A stretch of 64,000 bases of DNA, from the NCBI RefSeq assembly GCF_009914755.1, contig NC_060930.1, one strand, 5' to 3'. The notes under the pieces are model-generated. The model was not told the origin of the DNA. It worked only from the letters and a program-made list of their open reading frames with translations, and did not search any database. Of the stretch, positions 53,048 through 64,000 are shown one piece after another (position 1 is the stretch's first letter; each line of letters begins with the position of its first letter). The translations under genes were made by a program, and so were the position numbers. The stretch comes from the human T2T-CHM13v2.0 reference genome, Homo sapiens.

Positions 53048-55076
53048 GAAAAAAATAAAATACTAATAAATAAATAAAGAACGTTTTTCTAGCTTTTAAA
53101 AGGCTAAGGAAAAATAACTTTTATTTCAGCATTTGCCATCCAATGGTAATATTTCAAACTGACATAAAAAGGAAAATGCAAAAAAGAGAAACAAGTCAGA
53201 TAGATATACATGATCTGATGCAAATACAATGAACACTAAATGTGGGTTGCCAACTAATAATATTTCCTAGAGTTAGGGGCATTGTGAGCAAGTCTATCAT
53301 TAACAAATCTGGAAAGGAAACCGGGTGTTAATCCTGTGAGTCTGTCAAGTTTTCATTTCCACAGTGTGTCTTTTTTCTTCCATTAAAAGGTCTCCTCTAA
53401 TTCCAAAGGTATGAAGAAAGAAAACCAATTACCAAGAAAAAAATCAGAATAATGCTAAGAATGTTTTTCTCCTTTGATTTTGATTAGCGGCTTTATGTGA
53501 TTCAGTTATTTTTATCTACTGGCTTAACAATACTCATTTTACTTATATAACTCTCATTTCAATGATAGTTTTCCTTTATGTTTACAGTGCATAGTATAGA
53601 CATAGCATGCAATATATATCTTGATAGTTTACTTTGGAAAATTGATATGATAGTGAGTATTGATTTTATATAAAAAAGCAAGCTCAGATTAGCCAAACAT
53701 TTGCCTTATAGTAATTGAATTACACCTCCTGTTCGAAACTGCAAAGTAATGATGCCTTATTCCATGAATCAGTTAATTCCTAAAACTGCCTAATTATTGA
53801 TCTAAATGAAGATTTTAAAATCAAACATAATTCCTAGCTTTTATATAAATAACATATACATCATTTTGGAAGCTAATGAGTTTCATTGGCCTGCTATTAC
53901 ATAAATTTTTTATTGCCAGATGTATCTAAATATTTCTTCATGATCATTTTCAAGTGCAAATATAAATCAGGGGAAATTTGCAAATGCTAACCTTAATAAG
54001 GAACTATTTAAAACAATTTTCTTACTAAAATTTCCTATCTGAAAATAGTACAAATGCAATTTATTTTTAAGTAGTAATAAGCAGATTAAAATTTTAAAAA
54101 GAGCTAAACTCTTATTCCTGGTAGAGCTTATTTCTAAATTTCCAGCTAGGAAAAACAGGAAATACACTACAGCAAATACACAAGGTATTTCCTGGAAATT
54201 TTGATGGTGATGGTATTATTAAAATATTTACAAGTTCTTGAGGTCAACATACTAGTAAACAGTCATTTTCTCTCTTTGCACCCTTAAAGATAAGAGGTAG
54301 ACAATGTTATTGCATCCTGCACAGCATGGTTACAAATCACAGACTGTCAAAATCAAGATTGCAGATTGCAACTAAAACGCTATGGCACCTTGGTGTATAG
54401 TCCAAGAGATTTAAATCAAAAGATCCTATACCCTGAGTTATGTCACTGAGAGAGAAACCTGTGATTACCTATTGGTTTGAATAAATTATAAAATTATCTC
54501 TTCTGGACAAACTTCTCCATGTGAGGTTCAGAAAAACAAATAATAAATTCAATTGAGATTATTCAGTATTCTTTTCATTGTTTATTTATTACACTCCCCA
54601 AAATTTGAACCAGGATTTCACAGAAAATTCCCTTCTTATTCTCTCAGTAACTTGATGAGCCATATTTAGCATTTATCTGAACATCATGAGTCTACTAGAC
54701 TTCTACATATGCATCAATGTGTGAAACTGTGAAGAATACAGTGAAATGGAAAATATGGTCCCAGGAAACCTTGATATACTCAGTTAAATCTTCATCTGGT
54801 GCCAGAGCATTTGAGAGCAACAACTGATAAAGTAGCAACAGCCAGGAGACATGGAGGTTGTTTTTACCTCTTTTTCTTTTCTTTTCTTCCACATACTTCT
54901 ACAAGTATGTGGGAGTTGGAAAGACACACTCTAGGGTCAGCCACTTTATTGACTTTAACAATATATGAAAATATTTCAAGAACATTTTTAAAAACTTCTG
55001 GACACTGTGATAAGATACCCAGTGATAACTAAGCTCACCTTCTGTTTCTAACCCAAGTATGGAGTTTGAAGATTTA

Positions 55077-55680
55077 TGTGGGAAACATAGGCTCTTAGAC
55101 CCCTAAATGTTCACTGAAAATCAGTGACATGTGGCAGACTGATTAACACGAGAAAAAACATAAAAATTCATTCAACTTGTATACACAGGAGTCTTCAAAA
55201 TGAATACCCAACTTTCTGATAAGGTTACTGAAGCTTATATAATAATACCATCTTGCAGTTACAGAAAGAATGGGGTCTTGGATTCTGGTAAAACAGGTTA
55301 TGGGAGGGGGAAAATAGGAGTTCTATTGACAGAGAGAGAAGAAGAATTCTATTGAGGGGCAATAAGTGATTATTGGTGAAAATGATTAGATCAGGGAACT
55401 TGTAAATAGTTCTCTTTGGAATTTAAACAATTGATATTTGGAGATGATCATTATTTTGAAAAAAGATCTGTTGAGGTGTGGCTACCACTTTGATCTTATA
55501 GGGAAGATAAGAAAAGTATTTTTTCTTTAATAGGTCTGGATTTTAAGAAAATAAAGGAACTTCAGCTCTTTGGGAAAGACGGTGGGGAGGAGGGGAAGAT
55601 CAAAGAGACCTTGAGATTTCTTCTTCTGTTCAGCATGTTAAAATGCCATATTTTGGGATATTGGCTTCTGAACTCCAACA
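55077..55680 (-). mobile_element. ERV1 solo LTR of the MER34/MER39 group (exact family uncertain)
   Basis: The minus strand starts TGTTGGAGTTCAGAAGCCAATATCCCAAAATATGGCATTTTAACATGCTGAAC and ends CACA. Confidence 0.7.
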
Positions 55681-56537
55681 TGTTCCTTTTATAAATATGT
55701 CTAGCAGACAAAAATAGCACATATCACATATATCTACCGGCAAGTTTTCTATACCATTTTTAAGAAAAAGTGTTGGTAAATGATAGCTTCCTATAAAAAA
55801 CATATAGATCTAGTACTTTTAAAGGTCCAATTTGATTTTGACAACATCAGATCATCCTCAACCATATAAAAGACCAATCACAAGGAAATCTTTTATACTC
55901 CTAGAATCATTGTGACTATATATTTGAAATAACATAAAATTACTTGGTTTATATCAATGCTTCTAAAATTAGGGTTTATCTACATATTACACATCTATAA
56001 TTCAATGATAATTTGAAAATAAAAAAATTCTTAACCATATGAATGAGCACATTATAATGGCCTTGGAATTGAAAAATCTTAAATTACAGTTGTGTTTTCA
56101 ATCATGTAAAGGCCAAAAACTATTATTTTAATTTTTGGAGCCAATAATAAGAGAACCATGTCAGTTTATTTAATGGCCAAAAACATCAGGATACCTAGCA
56201 GTTTATATAGAGAAAAGAAATGGGAGAATTGAATAGGTATAAAATATAGATAAAGTAAAAATCAAAACAATTATTGCATTAATCATCAGTACCATATTTA
56301 TGTTGCTTACAGCAACTTAGTTTCAGCAAAATTATATGACTTCTTATAATATGAAATTATATAAATAATAATATAAATCTGAGGTGTCAAAAACCCAAGA
56401 AACCTTTAGAGAATCACCCATCACACATCTGATAATTTATTGATAAGAGAAGATCTTTGAAGGAAATAGGCAGGTTTAGAGACTGCTTTAGTGTTTCTTC
56501 ATTTTATGACATTCCTCTAGACCAGGTAAAAAGGGTA

Positions 56538-56556
56538 TTAAGAGAGTCTCACTGCT

Positions 56557-56588
<32 letters not shown>

Positions 56589-56608
56589 AAAAGAGTCTCA
56601 CTCTCTGG

Positions 56609-56636
<28 letters not shown>
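56538..56636. repeat. Two (TG)n tracts, each preceded by AGAGTCTCACT
   Basis: taagagagtctcactgct(tg)n and taaaagagtctcactctctgg(gt)n. Confidence 0.9.
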
Positions 56637-56640
<4 letters not shown>

Positions 56641-58882
56641 CAAGATGGCAAATTGGAGGCAATGTTAACATGCCTCTCCAACTTGGAAAGACAAAATAGT
56701 GACCAGAAATTCACACTGTGAACTTTTTTCCAAGAAGCAATGAAGGAACTTAACAGGAAAATTGAAAGAAAACACAGACCCTTTGAAAGAAGCAACAGGG
56801 TGCAGCCTACACCATGAGCCAGGCAAAAAATTGTAAGTCCCTAGCATGTGAGAAATGGGGAGACTGCCTCCTACTGGGGAACATAACAATTCAGCCCATG
56901 GGGGAAGGTCTTAACCCTACTCAGTGCTGAAACTGATATAGGAAGTGGTGGGGAATCCAAAAGTAGGAGGGACAGCAGGAAGAGCCTTGCATGCATTCCC
57001 AGTCTCCAGTGCAGATTGAGGGAAGCCATTCCTGATTCTACATCACAAGGCACCTCGCAGAAGTTAGCCAACTACCTCAGGGAATGATGGTAGGTGAAAA
57101 GAAGCTCCCAACTGAAATTCATAATATAATCTTGAGTAGGAATGAACTCCCTTAGTCAGAACCAGGGGGTGAGTGGGAAGTTGCTGCAACCGTGGGCACA
57201 GGAGCTGGGAACCCTGGCTGTCTGGGCAGACAGGGAGGGGCATGACCTGAAAGCAATGGTTCCTGTCTCTATGGAGAAAGCATATGGCCTGGGGTCATCC
57301 TGAGTTCTGAATGTAGACTACCTGGAATTTAGCTAGCTGCTCCTAGCAAACACTGTAACACTTTCATGAGAAACCTGCCTTGCCAAGTGCATGGGATATG
57401 GGTGAGGCTTACTGCCACCTGCTATTTCCCACTCCCTGCACAAACTGTTCTTTGCTGCAGAGGCAGCTACACCGCTTCCTAGAACATTACCCTAGAGGCC
57501 AGAGAACTATCCCTCAATTCCCACAGGGGCCTCTGCTTGCCCTGCATGTAGAGAGCCAGAACTCAGACCTGACTGGCTCAGCCCCAACCTGGCTTTGCCT
57601 TTCAACCTACCCTGGTAGCTTAACACAAAGGACAGAAACTTTTGGGAGCCCAATGGTCCCACCCATCACTTGAGAAACTGGAATATCTCCCATGGGTAAC
57701 ATAAGGCAAACATGAATCCCACCACTACTACTGCAGCTAGTACTCTTTTGCAAGCCCCACCTCCTGACTGAAGGAGAACTGACACAGTTCATCACAGCAT
57801 CTACAGGCAGAATAATCTGCATCCAGGAATGTGAAAACTTGTGGACAACCTCAGCTATCACCATTGCCTGCACTACCTTGGGTAACCAGGAGGTCCTGAC
57901 CAGTTTATTACTACTACAACTGGCATTTGAGAAAGCCCAACACATTAAGGCTATTTATAACCAAGGAATCTCAGAGTCTACATCACTACCCTGCCACCCT
58001 TATCAAAATAGGTCCTGCTGGGAGACTTGAGGACAGGTCACATCACGGGATCCCTTGCAGACATTCCCCAGCAACAGCCTGGAGTGTGGCAGCTCAGCTG
58101 GGCAGCTAGAACCAGAGAAGCAACAGCATTCACAGTAGTCTGGCTCTCAGGGTCTCTTACTCTTAGGGAAAGGAGAACACCATATCAAGAGAACATGCCA
58201 TGGGACAAAAGAATCCAGATGGCAACTCTTGGATCTCAGATTATTCCACTGGTGGGATGTTTCTTTCAGCAGAGGCACATTTGCTGTTCCGGGCTCAGTT
58301 GGGAAAGTCTGCAGCTCTGCATCAACAGACAGGTAGCCCTGGCGCTTGTGAAGGGTCTTGGAGAATGGAAATTCTTGTCCCCCTTTTTCACCACTGCAGA
58401 AACAACTGGGGCATCTCCCACAGGAACTTGGGGTGGAGGTACCTATAGACAGCCATTTTGGAACACTTCAGGGTGACTTCAACCCCAAAGATGAAGCACT
58501 CTCCAGGTTCAGGTTTGCATAAAGAGTAGAATCATAATTCCTCCCTACTTGGAACATCAATATTCCTGCATATGAAAAGTGGTGCCTGTCTGATCTGAAT
58601 AGCCAGAACACTGGGGTAGGAGTCTGTCTGAGCAGTGGATCACTTTTCCACTGGCCTGGCAGAGTAGCTGAGGTAGCTGTCATCCTCAACCCTGATAAGA
58701 CTTCAGTGCATTTCACTGAGAGCTCCTTCATCCACCTCTGTTAAGGCTGGGATCTCTGCCCAATATGGGATATTGCATTTATCCACCTACATTAGCCACA
58801 AATGGTTTCTACCCAGAGATACCTCCCTTACTTTCCTGAAGCCTGAACTATTCAACCCAGTAAACAAAATACTGGGGGAAAA

Positions 58883-58917
<35 letters not shown>

Positions 58918-61900
58918 ATACAGTGCAAACCACAGGGGAATGAGGTAAGCTTCAGGAGACATCTGTCATTTCAACCGCATAGGAGACAGTGAACTTGCTC
59001 ACACACTGAACATATTGCTACTACAACCAGTATCTGAGAAAGCCATCAAACAAAGACTCTCTATAATCAAGAAATTCATACAGTCATCACCCCGAAAACA
59101 TCAAAAACTGAATTAAGCTACAATAAACTAAAAATTAAATGTACATCCTTAAAGGGGAAAAAAACACAGTCAAATAAAAAATAAATTCAAGAATAATTGG
59201 AAGAAATAGTTTACCCAAGTGATTAGGACCCAGAAAAATAATTCTGCTAATCTGACAAAACAGAGTTCTATGCTACCCCAAAAAGATCACACTAGCTTTC
59301 CAGCAATGGATGAAACCTTTGACACAAGACAAAGAATTCAAAAGGTTGATTATGAAACTACTCAAGGAGGTACCAGAGAAAAGAGGAAACCAACATAAAG
59401 AAATTTTAAAAAATTCAAGATATGAATGAAAAATTTTCTAATTAGATATTTTAAAGAAAAACCAAGTAGAACTTTTGAAAATAAAAGACACATTTAGGGA
59501 ATTACAAAATGCAGTGAAAAGTTTCAACAATAGACTAGAACATGTAGAAGAAAAAATTCAGAGCTTTAAGACATGGCTTTTGAATTAACTCAGTCAGACA
59601 AAAATAAAGAAAAAAGAATAAAAAGAATTAAACAAAGTCTCCAAGAAATATGGGATTATGTAAAACTTCCATACCTAAGAATAAGTGGTGGTTCCTGAGA
59701 GGAGAAGAGAAAGCGAAATTTGGTAAAATTTATTTGAGGGAATAATTGAGGAAATCTTCACTGGCCTTGCTAGAGATTTAGATATCCAAATACAAGAAGC
59801 TCGAACTCCTGGGAGATTCATCACAAAAAAGACTTCACCAATGAATATAGTCGTCAGGATATCTAAAGTCAATGTAAAGGAAAGAATTCTGAGAGCAGTG
59901 AGACAAAAGCACCAGGTAACCATTAAAGGAAAACTTATCAGACTAATGGTGGATTTCTCACAAGAAACCTTATAAGCCAGTAGGAATTGTGGTCATATCT
60001 TTAGCCTCCTTAAACAGAATTAGTGTCAGCCAAGAATTTTGGGTCCAGCAAAACTAATTCTCCTAAATGAAGAAGCGATAAACCCACTTTTCAGACAAAT
60101 AAATGCTGGGGGGGTATTTGCCACTACTAGATCAGCCCTAAGAAAATGCTAAAAAGGAGTTCTAAATCCTGAAACTTAAGATATTCACCTGAATAGAAAC
60201 TCTTGAAAGCATAAACTCACAGGGCCTATAAACAATAACACAATAAAGAAAACAAAGTGTCTAGGTAATGATTAAGATAATGACTGAAACAGTAACTCAC
60301 TTCTCAGTATGAAAATTGAATGTAAATGGCCTAAATGCCCCACTTAAAAGATAGATTAGCCGAATGGATTTTTAAAAACACATACCAAATATCTGTTGTC
60401 TTCAAGAGACTCACCTAACATGTAAAGATTCATATAAACTAAAAGTAAAGTGATATGAAAAGATATTCCATGCAAATGGAAACGATAAGCTAGCAGGTGT
60501 AGATATTCTCATATCAGATAAAATGCACTTTAAAGCAACAGCAGAAAAAAAAGGCAAAGAAGGCCTCTGTATAATGATAAAAGAATCAATCCACTAAGAA
60601 GATATTACCATCTTGAATTTATATGCTCCTAACACTGGAGCTCCCAAATTTATAAAACAATTGCTATGAGCCCTAATAAATGAGATAGAAAGTAACACAA
60701 TAATAGCCAGTGATTCAACTCTCCACTGACAGCACTAGAAAGTTATTGAGACAGAAAGTCAGCAAAGAAATAATGACTTCAGCTATGCTCTAGAACAAAT
60801 GGACCTAACAGATATTTACAGAATATTCTATGCAAGAACTTCAGAAAACACATTCTTCTCATTAGCACATGAAACATTTTCCAAGATAGAGCATATAACA
60901 GGCCACAAAACAGGTCTCAATAAATTTTAAAAAATCAAAATCATATCAAGCATCCTCTAAGACCACAATGAACTAAAACTGGAAATTGACTGAAAAAGAA
61001 CTCTCACAATTACACAAATACATGAACATTAAATAATCTGCTCTTGAGTGATGTCTGGGTCAATATTAAATCAAAATGGAAATTCAAAAATTATTTGAAC
61101 TGAAAAATATAGCAACAAAAGTTATCAAAACCTCTGAGATACAGCAAAAGCAGTGCTAAGACGAAAGTTCATAGCATTAAATGCCTGCACTAAAACACCT
61201 AAAAGAGCACAAATAGACAATCTAATGTCACACCTCAAGGAACTAGAGAAAGAAGAACAACCCAAACCCGGAAGCAGAAAAGGAATTTAAAAATCAGAGC
61301 AAAACTAAATAATTTTTTTAAAAAAGATAAATGAAACATAAAGCAGGCTCTTTGAAAAGATAAACAAAACTGATAGACCATTAGTGAGATTAACCAAAAA
61401 AAAGGAGAGAGAAAATCCAAATAAGCTCAATTAGAAATGAAATGGGAGATATTACAATCAATACCACAGAAATACAAAAGATCATTCAAGGCTACTATGA
61501 ACACCTTTATGCACACAAACTAGAAAATCTAAAGGATATGGATAAATTTCTGGAAATATACAACCCTCCTAGATTAAATTAGAAAGAAATAGAAACTCTG
61601 AACAGAGCAATAACAAGTAGCATGATTGAAACAGTAATAAAAAAAATTGCCAACATAAAAAGTCCAGATGAATACACAGCTCAATTTTATCAAACATTCA
61701 TTCAAAGAAGAAGTGGTACCAGTCCTACTGTTACTATTTCAAAAGACAGAAAAAGAGGGAATCCTATCTGAATCATTCTGTGAACCCAGTATCATCCTAA
61801 TATCAAAACCAGGAAAGGACATAATAAAAAAAGGAAACCACAGACCAACACCCTGATGAACATAGATGCAAAAATTCTCAACAAAATAATAGCTAACCAA

Positions 61901-64000
61901 ATCCAAGAGCATATCAAAAAAAATTATACATCAGGACCAAGTGGGCTTCATACCAGGGAGGCAGGGATGATTTAACATACTCATCAATAAATATGATACA
62001 TCACATAAACAAAATTAAAAATAACAATTATATTATCATGTCAGTAGACGCAGAAAAGCATTTGACAAAATCCAGTATCCCTTTAAGATTAAAACCCTCA
62101 CAAAACTGGCATAGAAGTGAAACACCTCAAGGTAATAAAAGCTATCTATGACAAACCCACAGCCAAAATTGTACTGGATGGGGAAAAGTTGAAATCATTC
62201 CCCCCAAGAACTGGAATAAGGCAAGGATGCCCACCTTCATGACTTCTATTCAACATAATACTGAAAGTCCTAGCCAGAGCTATCAGACATGAGAAAGAAG
62301 TGAAGGGCATCCAAATTGGTAAAGAGGAAGTCAAACCATTGTTGTTCACCAATGATACAATCATAGGCTTAGAAAACCCAAAAGACTCACCCAGAAAGCT
62401 CCTGGATCTGATAAACAAATTTAATAAAGTCTCAGTATGCAAAATCAATATACGCAAGTCAGTAGCATTGCTCTATACCAACGATAATGAAGCTCGGAGT
62501 TGAATCAAGAACTCAATCTCTTTTACAACAGCAGCAAAAAATAAAATAAAATACATAGGAATAACATAACCAAGGAGGTTAAAAATTTCTACAAGGAAAA
62601 CTACAACACACTGCTGAAAGAAATGACTGATGAAACAAACAAAGGGAAACATATTCCATGCTCATGGATGGGTAGAATCAATATTGTGAAAATGAGCATA
62701 TTGCCCAGAGCAACCTACAGATTCAATGCAATTCCCATCAAAATGTTATCACCATTCTTCACAGAATTAGATAAAACAGTCCTAAAATTTATATGAAACC
62801 AATAAAGAGCCTGCATAGCCAAAGCAAGAATAATCAAAAAGAACAAATCTGGAGGCATCACATTGCCTGACTTCAAACTATGCTACAAGACTATAGTTAT
62901 CAAAATGGGATGGCACTGGTATAACAATAGGCACATAGACAAATGGAACAGATTTGAGAACCTATAGATAAAGCCAAATACAGCCAACTGATCTTTGACA
63001 AAGCAAACAAAATTAGAAATTGGAGAAAGGGTACCCTATTCAATAAATGATGTTAGGATAATTGGCAAGCCACATGTAGAAGAATGAAACTGGATCCTCA
63101 TCTCTCACCTTACACAAAAATCAACTTCAGATGGATCACAGACTTACATCTAACACCTGAAACCACAACAACTCTAGAAAATAACATTAGAAAAACTCTT
63201 CTAGACTTTAGCTTAGGCAAAGAGTTCATGGCCAAGAGCCCAAAAGGAAATGCAACAAAAACAAAACTAAATAGATGAGACCAAATTAAACTAAAAATCT
63301 TCTGCACAGTAAAAGAAATAATCAGCAGAGTAAACAGACAACCCACAGACTGGGAGAAAATATTGAGAAACTATGCATCTGACAAAGGACTAATATCCTG
63401 TATCTACAAGTAATTCAGACAAATCAGGAAAATCAAGGAAAAGACAATCAAGGAAAAAAATCCAATCAAAAAGTGGACAAAAGATATGAATAGATAATTC
63501 TCAAAAGAAGATATACAAATGGCCAACAAACATATGAAAAACTGCTCAACATCACTAATTATCAGGGAAATGCAAATTAAAACCACAATGAGATACCAAC
63601 TTATTCTTGCAAAAATGGCCATAATTTAAAAAAAAATAGATGTCAGTGTGGATGTGGTAAGAAAAGAAGCAATTTTACACTGCTGGTGGGAATGCAAACT
63701 AGTGCAACCACTATGGGAAACAGTATGCAGATTCCTTAAAGAACTAAAAGTAGAACCACCTTTTAATCCATCAGTCCCACTACTGGGTATCTACCCCACA
63801 AAAAAAGAAGTCATTATATGAAAAAGACTCTTGCATACACATGTTTATAGCAGCACAATTTGCAATTGCAAAAACATGAAAGCAGCATAAATGTCCATCA
63901 GCCAATGAATGAATAAAGAAAATGTGGTATATACACACCATGGAATACTACTCAGCCATAATAAGGAGTGAAGTAATGGCAATTGCAGCAACTTGGATGG
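56637..64000 (+). mobile_element. Near full-length L1PB-type LINE, decayed and cut by the window edge
   Basis: 5' end ttccaagatggc, long 5' UTR, ORF1 remnant at about 59.2-60.2 kb, ORF2 remnant from about 60280 (fragments [25 protein letters not shown]) with many stops and frameshifts. Confidence 0.92.
58880..58920. repeat. (TAAA)n microsatellite within the L1
   Basis: About 10 perfect AAAT units. Confidence 0.95.

Noticed and set aside
59220-64000. Potentially active full-length L1
   Set aside because: No L1-sense ORF longer than about 70 aa survives, and the element belongs to an old L1PB-type lineage.

Overview
This is primate genomic DNA, probably human or another ape, judging by AluY, LTR12C, L1PA, THE1/MST and HSMAR2. 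It is AT-rich and non-coding, either intergenic or intronic, and roughly half or more is recognisable interspersed repeat. I find no credible protein-coding gene, tRNA, rRNA or CRISPR array. The longer ORFs in the track are decayed L1 ORF1/ORF2, mariner transposase, Alu/LTR read-through or microsatellite translations. Main landmarks: an ancient L1 nested in an L2 (9.9-15.4 kb); a near-complete HSMAR2 mariner (23.9-25.8 kb); an internally deleted L1MA-type element carrying a solo LTR12C (29.6-34.2 kb); a 5'-truncated L1PA7-like element (40.8-44.1 kb); a full-length 7SL retrocopy (52.75 kb); and a near full-length L1PB-type element running off the right edge. I cannot support a new biological system. 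The best-supported unusual observations are two independent L1 3' transductions, each delimited by target-site duplications, and a chimeric AluS/AluY. More speculative leads are a zero-length-exon-type AG|GTAAGT site next to an ETS/GATA/AP-1 cluster (28.8-29.4 kb) and a triple p53-family half-site next to a hydrophobic small ORF at the left edge. Repeat subfamily names come from recalled consensus sequences, not a search, and boundaries of old repeats are approximate.
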